Positions 43,668 to 53,069 of a stretch of DNA of 64,000 bases are shown here, in pieces (position 1 is the first letter of the stretch; every line of letters starts with the position of its first letter). The notes beneath the pieces are model-generated. The model was given only the letters and a program-made list of their open reading frames with translations. It was not told where the DNA came from and did no database searches. Both the position numbers and the translations under genes were made by a program. The stretch is taken from assembly GCA_964510635.1 (NCBI GenBank), contig CAZEBS010000007.1:22386-86385 (forward strand), given 5' to 3'. The stretch is from an uncultured Candidatus Bathyarchaeia archaeon (GTDB lineage: Archaea > Thermoproteota > Bathyarchaeia > Bathyarchaeales > Bathyarchaeaceae).

Positions 43668-46397
43668 ATGAAGAACAAAATATCTATCGCAATTACAATG
43701 CTAATTACGCTTTTACTGGCAAGTTCAACTCTTGTAACTATTGCCTTCTGCCCCTTTCCACCATCAGGAACCGAAGTCCCAACATACAGCAAAATCCTTG
43801 TTAGCCCTAACCCTGTTGGCGTCAACCAGCAAGTTACCATCAACATATTCAATGCCATACCCACACTCACCAGCGAACCCTACTATAATATGACAGTTGA
43901 AGTAACAGACCCTACTGGGCACACCACCACACTGGGCCCCTATAACAGCGACACCACCGGAGGCACTTTCACTAACTTTGAACCTGACCAAGTCGGTATC
44001 TGGGAATTCCAAATGTTCTATCCAGGCCAAACACTATCTAGGGGTTGGATCCAATTACCTGGCGAAAGCGAAGTTTTTCAACTAACAGTACAGGAAGAAC
44101 CAGTAGGACGAGAAAGCTTTCCATCTCCCCCGGGTCCAGAAAGCTATTGGGAGACTCCAGTTAACGCAATGAATGCTGAAAAATGGTGTGACCACATGGG
44201 AGAATGGTGGGGTCTTAGCGGTATAACTTTTGAACAAACTGGTGCAAACTATCATGGCGGAAACTATAATCCATACACTGACTCGGTTTATGCTGGTCAC
44301 ATTCTCTGGACAAAGCCATGGGGTGCAGGTGGTGTAGCTGGTGGTGAATCAGGTATTGATGAAGTTACAGGACACTTCTGGACCACTAGGCAGTATCAAC
44401 CCCAATATGCACCGATAATATTGGAGGGTGTAATGTATTCCGTTCTGTGGACAACATCAATGAGGAGTGCAGCACATAACGGCATTGTCGCAACTGACCT
44501 GTTCACTGGAGAAACTCTCTGGACGATAGAAGACACCCAAGAACGGTTGAGAGTAGGCTGGTCGCCTACTTGGCACAACCTTAACGAATACGGAACATTA
44601 GGTCCCTACATCATAACCACAGGTACACACCCAGGAGTTACATCTAGTGGAACAGCGTACCACATTTACGATGCCACCACTGGCAAATACATGGCAAGCA
44701 TCATTAACGGCCAGAGCATGACCCTCACTATAGACGATGACCGAGACTTGGTTGGCTACTATCAAGAAGTCAGTGGTAGTGACCGCCGTCTGGTCCGTTG
44801 GGACATGACCGAATGTGTGGGAATGACAAGCAATGGCGAACCTGCTTTCGGATGGGGTCTGAACCAAGACGCACAATACCAGTTTGACCGTGGAGTAGAA
44901 TTCTCTGAACCAATATTCAATTTCGCCGAGATTGATGGAGTAACCGATGCTTCACTTCTTACAGGAGGCGGCTTTATGGGACAGCCATTCGCAATAAATG
45001 AAATAACTAACGATGAAGTAGTGTTCACTGGTGGTTTCACCTGGGGACAAGGATTTGGAGGAACAACAAACGGATGGCTAGTTGTAGGAGCCATGGACAA
45101 AAACACTGGAGCGCAGTTGTGGGCTAGAAACATCACATACACAGAATCTGAAACCATGTTGCCATACACAAGAACGGAAATGGGTATACAAGACGGGTTA
45201 TGGATCAACGCCAACATGCAGAACTTCATAGTTGAAGCTTGGGATACAAGAACAGGAGTGAAAGCATGGACATCAAAACTAACAGGCGATAACGGTGGCC
45301 CACCGCATTACTTCGACCAATTTAACCTCCGCTGGTCGCCTGGAGATGAGGGTATATCCTTCTACAGAGGCCATGGAGGAGACATATGGTGTATCGAACA
45401 TGAGGACGGAAACGTACGATGGTACACTAACACAACTAAACTCGTTGGCCCACCAGGAGCTGAAAGCCCATACGATATTTGGCCGCTATGGGTTTTCGAG
45501 TGCGACTGTATAACCAACAACGTGGCATACTTCCCCATTGGTGCCGAATATAACCCACCACTGTTCCCTGGAGCACAAATGTGTGCAGTAAACGTCACTG
45601 ATGGCTCTCTAGTGTGGTCCGAATTGGGTTTCTATATTAGATCCACATCGTGTGCATATGATATTCTGTTATCGCTGAATGCGTACGACAACCAGATATA
45701 CGCCTGGGGCAAAGGAGCAAGTGCAACTTCAGTCGCAGCATCACCAAAAGTTACAGTAAACGGAAATAGTGTAATAATTGAAGGTACAGTCATTGACGTT
45801 TCTGCAGGCACAAAACGGAACGATGTTGCAGCAAACTTCCCGAATGGTCTTCCATGCGTTTCTGATGCGAGTATGAGCAAATGGATGGAATACGCCTATA
45901 TGCAGCAGGCAAAGCCTGAAGATGTTGAAGGCGTTGAAGTATTCATAAAAGTCCAAGATCCTAATGGCGACTATTACTCAACCTATGTTACAACCGACGA
46001 GAATGGTGTATTTAGCCACATGTGGGCTCCATCCTTTGTAGGCGAATACCAGGTCACTGTGCTGTTCGAAGGCTCCAACTCCTATTGGCCTTCACAGGCA
46101 ACAACCACCTTCGGCGTAGACGAAGCTGCTGCCGCAGCAGATTTTCCGAGCGCAGAAGAGATTGCTGCTGATGCTGCTCAGAGGGTTATTGCCATGCTTC
46201 CACCGTATCCTGATGTTCCAACACAAGAGGAGATTGCTGCTGATGCCGCTCAAAGGACTATCAACATGCTTCCACAGTACCCAGAATACACTGCAACTGA
46301 AATACCTGCATACCAAACAATCGACATTGTCATCATCGTGCTCGTTGTTGTCGCTATAATCATCGGGCTGTACAGTATCTTCAGAAAACAAAAATAA
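43668..46397 (+). CDS. Large secreted surface protein with PQQ-like beta-propeller repeats and a C-terminal TM anchor
   Basis: 909 aa. N-terminal signal/TM (ISIAITMLITLLLASSTLV). Trp/Gly-rich repeats (...LWT..., ...AWT.KL.G...) are typical of PQQ-like propellers. The C-terminal anchor is IVIIVLVVVAIIIGLYSIFRKQK. Confidence 0.55.
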   Translation: MKNKISIAITMLITLLLASSTLVTIAFCPFPPSGTEVPTYSKILVSPNPVGVNQQVTINIFNAIPTLTSEPYYNMTVEVTDPTGHTTTLGPYNSDTTGGTFTNFEPDQVGIWEFQMFYPGQTLSRGWIQLPGESEVFQLTVQEEPVGRESFPSPPGPESYWETPVNAMNAEKWCDHMGEWWGLSGITFEQTGANYHGGNYNPYTDSVYAGHILWTKPWGAGGVAGGESGIDEVTGHFWTTRQYQPQYAPIILEGVMYSVLWTTSMRSAAHNGIVATDLFTGETLWTIEDTQERLRVGWSPTWHNLNEYGTLGPYIITTGTHPGVTSSGTAYHIYDATTGKYMASIINGQSMTLTIDDDRDLVGYYQEVSGSDRRLVRWDMTECVGMTSNGEPAFGWGLNQDAQYQFDRGVEFSEPIFNFAEIDGVTDASLLTGGGFMGQPFAINEITNDEVVFTGGFTWGQGFGGTTNGWLVVGAMDKNTGAQLWARNITYTESETMLPYTRTEMGIQDGLWINANMQNFIVEAWDTRTGVKAWTSKLTGDNGGPPHYFDQFNLRWSPGDEGISFYRGHGGDIWCIEHEDGNVRWYTNTTKLVGPPGAESPYDIWPLWVFECDCITNNVAYFPIGAEYNPPLFPGAQMCAVNVTDGSLVWSELGFYIRSTSCAYDILLSLNAYDNQIYAWGKGASATSVAASPKVTVNGNSVIIEGTVIDVSAGTKRNDVAANFPNGLPCVSDASMSKWMEYAYMQQAKPEDVEGVEVFIKVQDPNGDYYSTYVTTDENGVFSHMWAPSFVGEYQVTVLFEGSNSYWPSQATTTFGVDEAAAAADFPSAEEIAADAAQRVIAMLPPYPDVPTQEEIAADAAQRTINMLPQYPEYTATEIPAYQTIDIVIIVLVVVAIIIGLYSIFRKQK
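46155..46298 (+). repeat. 72-nt tandem duplication inside the surface-protein gene (a 24-aa unit, EEIAADAAQR.I.MLP.YP...)
   Basis: Unit 1 at 46155-46226 (gaagagattgctgctgatgctgctcagagg...). Unit 2 at 46227-46298 (gaggagattgctgctgatgccgctcaaagg...). Confidence 0.75.
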
Positions 46398-46936
46398 TCA
46401 AACCAATTTCCCTTCCTTCTTTTTTTGGGAGTAAAACTTCAGACGAAGAAAAGGGGGCTGAATAGGCTCATGCACGGAATGAAATTCGCAAAAAGCAATA
46501 GTGGTAGATATGTTCCATTGTTTTTCATTCCCCAAAGTTTTGACACCGTGCAAGAGCCTCAGCAAACCCACTTTCTTCACAATGAAGATGTGTTGATTAA
46601 ATGAAAGGGGGCTGAGTGGGCTTTGGAAAGTTTCACTTTCCACAAGGATGTGCAGGTTTGTTCATCTTCACCCTGCCTCTTTCTTTCCGAAGCCCCAGCA
46701 AACACTTACTAGGTTACAGCAAGTCTAGGAATCCATTTTTTCTCATTTCATATAATATTTTGCGTGAACACAAAATTTTTTCATATCTGGGACATCAGAT
46801 AACTTGCCCCACATCAAACTACGAAAAAGTTCACTCCCAAACCCAACTGTGTCCCCTTCTGGACTTTGTTCTCCAAATTTTTAATAATATAGACATTGTA
46901 TTCAGGGTAAGAAATCTTGAAGGGGCCAAACAGTTC

Positions 46937-48040
46937 GTGAATAAACTGCTTGTCATAGGATCTGCATCTCCCGACAAAGTGGACAGCCTTGAATGGACAC
47001 AACCTTTTCCAGACATGGGAAACTATGACGCCCTAATACTTGACCTAGCCTCGTTTCCGAAGGACTATCCTCGAACACTCTTCACCAACATAGGCGTGTT
47101 GAAACGGACAGCCCGCATCTTCATCAGGGACAACAAAGAAATTTTTTGCATACTGGACAAACGCTTCAAAGTTCCCTTCAAAAAAATTCCCCTGAACTAC
47201 GCGTGGATTCCGTATCCCGAAAAATTCAGAATTAATCCCATGTTGCTGGGAAAATCAAAAAAGCTCTGTGATGAACGGTTCTCTGAGTACATGGAGAATG
47301 TCGAAAAATGGTATAGTGAGCTGTTCTGGGAAGATACGGCTAACTGCAGTTTCGACGCTATTGCCGTTAACAAACGCCAAAATGCCATAGCTGCCACCCT
47401 CACAATAAACGGTAGAGGAAAAATACATTTCTTGCCAAAAGCAACAAGAATCAGCTCCTCTGAGGCTATAACGCTTTTGATTGGTTTAGCCAAAGAAGAA
47501 GCACCAACGCATATTCCGTGGTTAACTTCAGTAGAAATTCCGCATGTGCTTCAAGCTGAAAACCAGTGGAACAGGAGCATTGCCCCTGAGAAGTACCGTA
47601 ACTTGTTCTCGTTAGACCGCAAGAAGTTCGTGAAGGCGGTTCAGTTGATGCTGGAGGATTTGGGTATACAGACTCTTCCAAATGCCGCGTTGGATCTGGT
47701 AGGCTTGAAGAGCAACATTGTAGTTAAAACTGCCTCAATGGACGGAAAAGTTGAAGCCCAAAACACCCAAGTCAGTCAAGTGGCAAAGTTTGTGGAAAAC
47801 CCGAAAAGAAACGAGAAGGTCATCTTTGTAGCAAACACTTACAGGAACTTGCCTATCAATGAACGAGCAGGCAAGGAGCAAGTTGATTTTCCGATGAAAC
47901 TGTTTTTTGAAACACACAACGTGGCATTCTTGACAACTTTGAGCCTCTATAATCTCTGGAAAAAGGTCATTACATACCAAATCAGCCCTCAAGAAGCCTC
48001 CTTCCTACTCCACAACGAAAAAGGCGAAATAACAGTATAA
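46937..48040 (+). CDS. Hypothetical protein (367 aa), with a possible C-terminal PD-(D/E)xK-like nuclease fold
   Basis: I start at the in-frame GTG at 46937 (..NKLLVIGSASPDK..), which follows a GAAGGGG SD-like site and the TATA-like TTTTTAATAATATAG at ~46878-46892. The track's upstream extension to 46616 reads as non-coding. The C-terminal LEDLGIQTLPNAALDLVGLKSNIVVKTAS resembles the D...(V/I)xK nuclease core. This is weak. Confidence 0.45.
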   Translation: MNKLLVIGSASPDKVDSLEWTQPFPDMGNYDALILDLASFPKDYPRTLFTNIGVLKRTARIFIRDNKEIFCILDKRFKVPFKKIPLNYAWIPYPEKFRINPMLLGKSKKLCDERFSEYMENVEKWYSELFWEDTANCSFDAIAVNKRQNAIAATLTINGRGKIHFLPKATRISSSEAITLLIGLAKEEAPTHIPWLTSVEIPHVLQAENQWNRSIAPEKYRNLFSLDRKKFVKAVQLMLEDLGIQTLPNAALDLVGLKSNIVVKTASMDGKVEAQNTQVSQVAKFVENPKRNEKVIFVANTYRNLPINERAGKEQVDFPMKLFFETHNVAFLTTLSLYNLWKKVITYQISPQEASFLLHNEKGEITV

Positions 48041-48072
48041 CCCACAATTAGAGCAAGCTTGTCACAGTTTTG

Positions 48073-48891
48073 TTATTCTAGTTTTCTGTATGCTGCTGTG
48101 AAGAGAAAGATTGCTGCTGCAGTGAAGACTATGACTCCGCTTGTTGCCACGTTATAGATTGCTGAAAGGAATATGCCCATTGTCATGCTGAGTACCCCGA
48201 AACATATGGCAGCCAACGTTGTTCCCTTAAAGGAAAGATTCAGTTGAAGGGCAGAGAGGGCAGGCAACACCAACAGGGCAACCACAAGAATCACCCCAAT
48301 CACCTTTATCGAAAGCACAATCGTTATCGCCACCAACAAATTGAAGGCTAACGACAGCAATCTGACAGGAATGCCCATCAACCGGGCGCCTTCTTCGTCA
48401 AAGGTGATGGACAGCAGCTCCTTGTAGAAGACTCCCAGAACAATTATGGTTGATACTCCAAGAATCGACACGATGATGAGATCGGTTTGGTCAATGGTCA
48501 GAATTGAGCCGAAAAGAAAACTGAAAAGCTCAACATTGAATCCGCCAGCCAAACTTATTATTATCAGGCCCGCGGAGAACCCCACAGCCAGCATCACGGC
48601 TATGGCGGAGTCGGATTGAGCCAACCTCTTCCGTCTCATGTAAGAGATGCCCAAAACAGCTAGAACCGAAACCAGCAACGAAGTCAACAGCGGATTAATG
48701 CCCAGAAGCAGCCCCAAAGCAATGCCTCCAAAGGCGGTGTGGGCTATTCCATCGCCAATCATAGCCTCTTTTCGCAGTATCAGAAAGAGCCCGACCCATG
48801 CACAAGCCAACGCGGCTATGGTTCCGCCTAGCAGCGCGTTCTGGAAGAACTGGAAACCAAAAAGCCTGAAGACGTCAATCAGTTCATTCAT
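48073..48891 (-). CDS. Metal ABC transporter permease (ABC-3 / ZnuB-TroCD family)
   Basis: Hydrophobic, 8-9 TM. FFQNALLGG...GDGIAHTAFGGIALG pattern. I start at the ATG at 48891, which overlaps the ATPase stop by 8 nt. Confidence 0.8.
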   Translation of the reverse strand: MNELIDVFRLFGFQFFQNALLGGTIAALACAWVGLFLILRKEAMIGDGIAHTAFGGIALGLLLGINPLLTSLLVSVLAVLGISYMRRKRLAQSDSAIAVMLAVGFSAGLIIISLAGGFNVELFSFLFGSILTIDQTDLIIVSILGVSTIIVLGVFYKELLSITFDEEGARLMGIPVRLLSLAFNLLVAITIVLSIKVIGVILVVALLVLPALSALQLNLSFKGTTLAAICFGVLSMTMGIFLSAIYNVATSGVIVFTAAAIFLFTAAYRKLE

Positions 48892-49693
48892 CTTGGAAAA
48901 CCCGCCTGCATTCATGCTTGTGGAAGACAAAATGGAAGTGGTCGCCATAGGCTTTCCTTAGAACCTCTTCAGGTTCCAATGATTCGTTTATTTCAGACAC
49001 GTTAACTAAACGGTTTATACACATAACCTTGGACATTCTACAGAAAACAGCAGTCAAGTCATGGGTCACCAGCAGAATGGTTATTCCCTTTTCAACATTG
49101 AGGTCGCTGAGTTTCTTGTAGAACTTCTCTTGAGTCTCTGCATCCACGCCAACTATAGGTTCATCCAACAAGATTATTTCAGGCTTCCTAACCAAGGCTT
49201 TAGCCACGAAAACCCGCTGCTTTTGTCCCCCAGACAGCTGTCCAATCCTTTTGCTTGCAACATCAGAGATTCCCATGAACTCCAGAACATCATCCACAGC
49301 CTCCCAATCAGCTCCCTTCAGGGTTCTTCCCAGGTTGCTCCGGTTCACTCTGCCCAATGCCACCAGCTCTCTAACCGATAACGGAAACTGAGGATCAAAA
49401 TTGATGGCATTCTGAGGCACGTACGCAACTTTTTCCCAATCCGAGAAGGTTCCAATGTCTTGATCAAAAAGTCGGATGGTTCCTTTTGTTCTCGGCAGAA
49501 TGTTCAGGAGCGCCAGAATAAGGGTGGTTTTGCCTCCGCCGTTGGGACCAACCAAGCCAACGTAGTCGCCTCTGTTGATTGTGAAGTTGGCGTGTTCGAT
49601 AACCACAGAATTTGACCTATTTACGTGAAGGTCGGAAACTTCGAGGATTGGAGTTTTATTTTTCATGGTACCCACATGAGTATATTCTGACAT
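48884..49693 (-). CDS. Metal ABC transporter ATP-binding protein (ZnuC/TroB-like)
   Basis: Walker A GPNGGGKTT, signature LSGGQKQRV, Walker B IILLDEP. Confidence 0.8.
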   Translation of the reverse strand: MSEYTHVGTMKNKTPILEVSDLHVNRSNSVVIEHANFTINRGDYVGLVGPNGGGKTTLILALLNILPRTKGTIRLFDQDIGTFSDWEKVAYVPQNAINFDPQFPLSVRELVALGRVNRSNLGRTLKGADWEAVDDVLEFMGISDVASKRIGQLSGGQKQRVFVAKALVRKPEIILLDEPIVGVDAETQEKFYKKLSDLNVEKGITILLVTHDLTAVFCRMSKVMCINRLVNVSEINESLEPEEVLRKAYGDHFHFVFHKHECRRVFQDE

Positions 49694-49709
49694 CTCATTT
49701 CACCTTTTC

Positions 49710-50660
49710 TTATTCTGTTGATGCTTCCAGCCCTATCTTCAGGTTTTCCAAGTTTCTCGTCTGCTGCTCAAAATAATCTAAATCATCTATGGCGCCGAGC
49801 ATAAAGTAGAGCTCCAGAATCTCCACGTCTTGGCCAGAAAGACGCTGCAACTCATTTTTGAGGGTTTGGGCGGATTCGTCTGCGTAGACGGGGTCCACAT
49901 ACACCACATACGTTTCATGTTCTATCATCATGTCTACGAGGTTTGCGTAAACTGTGGCGCTTGGTTGCTCATCTGCGGAGATGCCTATAACGCCATGCTG
50001 CTCAAAGTCGTACCGGTCAGCAAGATACCCGAAGGCAGAATGGGCAACAAACACCTCATTCCTGCCTTTAGTTGAGAGCCCAGACATGTAATCATTGTCC
50101 ACTGTTTCGAACCGTGTCTTCAAGTGCTGCCAACGCTCACTATAGTATCCCTGATTGTCGGGGTCTTTTTGGACAAGAGCCTCGTAAATCTTCTGAGCCT
50201 GCTGCTTCGCTATGTAGGGGCTTATCCAAGTGTGAGGATCATAAAGGCCTTCAAGTTCGTGGTCGCCGGTTTCCTGTTCAGTTTCAAGAAGCTGTAGTCC
50301 CTCCGTGGTTTCTACAACGACTTTGTTGCCTGAATCAACTATGGACAGTACGTCATCCTCGAACCAGTGGTCAAGAGATGCACCATTATAAATTAACACG
50401 TCAGCCTCTTCTACTGCCAAAATGTCACCGAATGACGGCTGCCACGTATGCACCTCAGTGTTGTCGGGTATAAGCTGCTTGACCGTCACTTTTTCTCCGC
50501 CGATTTCTTGGGTGAAGAAGGCGAGGGGATAGAAGCTTGCCACAACCTTCAGTCGGTTTTCAGCTGTTTTGTTCTGGAGTGCGTAGAAAACCGTTGCAAA
50601 TACTGCGGCGGAGATTATTATGGCTGTTGTGATAACAAAGAGTTTTTGGCGTTTGTTCAT
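49710..50660 (-). CDS. Metal-binding lipoprotein/SBP of the TroA/ZnuA cluster A-I family
   Basis: N-terminal TM/signal. Carries ASFYPLAFF, DPHTWISP, and AHSAFGYLADRY motifs. Confidence 0.8.
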   Translation of the reverse strand: MNKRQKLFVITTAIIISAAVFATVFYALQNKTAENRLKVVASFYPLAFFTQEIGGEKVTVKQLIPDNTEVHTWQPSFGDILAVEEADVLIYNGASLDHWFEDDVLSIVDSGNKVVVETTEGLQLLETEQETGDHELEGLYDPHTWISPYIAKQQAQKIYEALVQKDPDNQGYYSERWQHLKTRFETVDNDYMSGLSTKGRNEVFVAHSAFGYLADRYDFEQHGVIGISADEQPSATVYANLVDMMIEHETYVVYVDPVYADESAQTLKNELQRLSGQDVEILELYFMLGAIDDLDYFEQQTRNLENLKIGLEASTE

Positions 50661-50765
50661 TGTGCTGTACCTTTTTTGTTATTTAGTTTATACTCCAATA
50701 AATTTATTAAATTTTTGCTATTTTTTAATAAAATATATTTAAATGTGGGTGTAGATTTTAATAAC

Positions 50766-51203
50766 TTGGTGCGTGACGTGACAGTCATAAGCGTTTCAGT
50801 TCCAGAAAAACTCCTAGAACTTGTCGAAAACTCCATCGAGGAACAGGGGTTTGCCAACAGATCAGAGATAGTCAGGCAAGCTTTGCGAACCTTCATCAGG
50901 GAAAGCAAAAGCCTCAGGGAACTTGAGGGACAAATCGCAGCATCCATAACAATAATCTATGAAAGAGGAGCAAGAAAAGAACAGATATCTGAAATACAGC
51001 ACAGCTTCGGAAGCATAATCTCAACCTATCTTCACGCTCACATAGACGAAGACTACTGCATAGAAGTAATTGTGGTGAACGGAGAAGCAGAAAGGATCAG
51101 GAAACTGGTGGAAGCGTTCCGAACCAATGAGCAGATCAACCAGATCAAGGTCTCTATACTGAAAACGCCAAAAAGACCGGCAATAAAAAAGGCCATGACT
51201 TGA
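50766..51203 (+). CDS. nikR: NikR-type nickel-responsive regulator (RHH plus ACT-like metal-binding domain)
   Basis: VISVSVPEKLLELVENSIEEQGFANRSEIVRQALRTFI (RHH), followed by ITIIYERG...HAHIDEDYCIEVIVVNGEAERIRKL. The start is uncertain (TTG 50766, GTG 50769 or GTG 50778). The track extension to 50448 is antisense to the SBP gene. A TATA-like AAAATATATTTAAA lies at ~50730-50743. Confidence 0.75.
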   Translation: MVRDVTVISVSVPEKLLELVENSIEEQGFANRSEIVRQALRTFIRESKSLRELEGQIAASITIIYERGARKEQISEIQHSFGSIISTYLHAHIDEDYCIEVIVVNGEAERIRKLVEAFRTNEQINQIKVSILKTPKRPAIKKAMT

Positions 51204-51465
51204 TAAGTTTGAAGAGTTGAAGATTTCATAATGTCGTGTGCCCAAAGCGCATGAAACGTTTGGGTAATCAACGGCAACTGATTGTGGAATTAGTTTCTGG
51301 GCGGGTTTTTCTAGGCTGATTTTTTGGTTTTTACTGGTTGAGTTAATGCGGTTAGGGTTTTGGAATGTGGTTGAAGATTCGGTGGTTTATGTTGTTTTTG
51401 CTGAATTAACAATATGAATTAGCAATATTTATTAAGTCGTAAGTCTCAATATTCGCTACGTCTTT

Positions 51466-51771
51466 GTGGGGCTCGTCCACCCCGTGCCACAACAAAAGAC
51501 AAAAACAAAAGAAAGAAGGAAAGAAAGATTGAAAGCAGTAAAAAGTATCAAAGACAAGGATGAGCCATTTTTCTACATGGCTTTCGTGTTGAAAGGCACG
51601 GCAGAGCAATACTTAGACCTATTGAATTACGCCAAAGACCAGAATGGCGCGAAAATAATCTACCAAAACAGATCACTGACTTACCTTTATATCTCCAACA
51701 AAGACCCAAAGAAATCCAAAACGGCGCCTCCAGAGTTTCCGGCGGAACTAGCTTCTCCTAAAAATTTATAG
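51466..51771 (+). CDS. Hypothetical small basic protein
   Basis: 101-aa ORF with a GTG start. Lys-rich N-terminus, no motif. Ends 11 nt before the pilin-like gene, whose SD AGGAGG lies within its 3' end. Confidence 0.3.
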   Translation: MGLVHPVPQQKTKTKERRKERLKAVKSIKDKDEPFFYMAFVLKGTAEQYLDLLNYAKDQNGAKIIYQNRSLTYLYISNKDPKKSKTAPPEFPAELASPKNL

Positions 51772-51782
51772 GAGGCCTCTGG

Positions 51783-52349
51783 ATGAGGAGACTTCTCAAG
51801 AATAAGTTGGCTTTGAGTACTGTAGTGGCTAGCTTGGTTCTTCTAGTAGTTTCTGTGATGCTAGCTGGTATAGCATCATACTTCGCTCTCAACGTTGCAG
51901 GGTCACGAGTACAGCAAGAAAAGCTGTATCTGTCGAACGTTGCTGTATGGTACGAAAACGACACTAGTACTCTTGGCGGCCTAGTCGTAACTAACACAGG
52001 AGAAACAGACATCGTCCTTAGCAAAGTCACAATCAAAGGTCAAGAAAGCCCATGGAACGGAACATCAAGTTACGTCCTATACACAAAAACCGAGGGAATC
52101 TTATCCACTAGCTTGCAGTTTATTTCAACATTCAATCAAACTGGTACAAACACCCTCACTCTGGAAGGAACAACCTATGATTTCACTGTAGTCTCAGAAA
52201 ACTTGATTCTTCAGTCAGGATGGACCATGGTGTTCTTTGTTGTCAACCCAGCGAACCTCATAGTTTACGACGTAGGTACACCTATCCGAGTTACGATTTC
52301 CACAGGTCAAGCCCTTTACGCAACCGAAACCATCATGAAGGCCGTTTGA
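51783..52349 (+). CDS. Archaeal type IV pilin-like protein (class III signal peptide)
   Basis: MRRLLKNKLALSTVVASLVLLVVSVMLAGIASYF has a basic n-region, a K-x-A/L-S-like prepilin peptidase site, and a long hydrophobic helix, as in archaeal pilins and flagellin-N-like domains. Confidence 0.55.
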   Translation: MRRLLKNKLALSTVVASLVLLVVSVMLAGIASYFALNVAGSRVQQEKLYLSNVAVWYENDTSTLGGLVVTNTGETDIVLSKVTIKGQESPWNGTSSYVLYTKTEGILSTSLQFISTFNQTGTNTLTLEGTTYDFTVVSENLILQSGWTMVFFVVNPANLIVYDVGTPIRVTISTGQALYATETIMKAV

Positions 52350-52378
52350 TCCGATTCACAAAAACCCTTTAATTCACA

Positions 52379-52414
52379 AAGAGGACCGTGTCCTCTTTCC
52401 CCTTTTTTGTTTTC
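52379..52414 (+). terminator. Hairpin plus T-run terminator after the pilin-like gene
   Basis: AAGAGGAC-cgt-GTCCTCTT (52379-52397), then ccccTTTTTTgTTTT. Confidence 0.5.
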
Positions 52415-52465
52415 ATGTCTTTAACGCTAAGTCTGAGTTATAGAAAAGGAAGATGAAGAAATTTT

Positions 52466-52876
52466 CTAGCAGATGTATCTTAGTTGTAGAGGCTTTTGTA
52501 GTTTCTCTTTGTAGCTGTTCGCTGCTGTGTCGCCCCACATTAAAACCCAGCTGTCTGCTGCTGGTGTTTCCCTAGCCATGATGATTTTGTTAAAGCCTGC
52601 CGCCTTGGCTTGAATTCGTTGAGTTAATAAGTTTTGTAAGAGTTGTTCGTTCCAGTTGCATAGGATGTAGGCTTGTCGGTTGTTCACGTCAACTGCCAGG
52701 ATGCGGAAGAAGTAGTCGCCTATTGGGATGTCTTTGATTTGGCAAGAGTCGTCTGTTTTCTGTATTATTTCGATTGTGTGGACTAGAACGCCTGTTTCGC
52801 CAGATCTGATTATCAGGTAGAAGTCTCCTCCTACGAATGTGCTTGCGAAGTTTTTCATCAGGTCTAGTTTGCTCAT
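52466..52876 (-). CDS. Hypothetical protein
   Basis: 136-aa ORF divergent from ftsZ. No recognisable motif. Confidence 0.4.
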   Translation of the reverse strand: MSKLDLMKNFASTFVGGDFYLIIRSGETGVLVHTIEIIQKTDDSCQIKDIPIGDYFFRILAVDVNNRQAYILCNWNEQLLQNLLTQRIQAKAAGFNKIIMARETPAADSWVLMWGDTAANSYKEKLQKPLQLRYIC

Positions 52877-53069
52877 GTTGCTTGCCTCAAAAACTAGTTT
52901 ATGGTCTCTTAAGATTTAACGAAAATTCTTGATGGTGAATTATGTCGAAACACGATACATATCAAACTTTTCAGTTTAGTAAGTCGTAAATCTTAATACA
53001 CAATACTTATATTCGGCATCCCCCCTTTATAATACAATAAAACAAAAAAACAATTGTGGGTGGGACACT

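Noticed and set aside
46582-46616. Possible C/D-box sRNA (AUGAAGA ... CUGA) overlapping the second 19-nt repeat.
   Set aside because: The C box carries a mismatch. No C'/D' boxes or terminal stem are present. The C-to-D distance (~35 nt) is too short for a dual-guide archaeal sRNA. The first repeat copy lacks a plausible C box.
46398-46936. Track ORFs 46398-46643 (minus strand) and the 5' extension of the ORF 46616-48040 (plus strand).
   Set aside because: Both translate to implausible sequence. They cover the 19-nt direct repeats and the hairpin, and a good TATA/SD/GTG combination exists at 46878-46939. I treat the region as an intergenic spacer.
50448-50765. Track start at 50448 for the NikR ORF (251 aa).
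   Set aside because: The first ~105 codons are antisense to the SBP gene and then run through the AT-rich divergent promoter. NikR homology begins only at ~50778, and TTG/GTG starts lie just after a TATA-like box.
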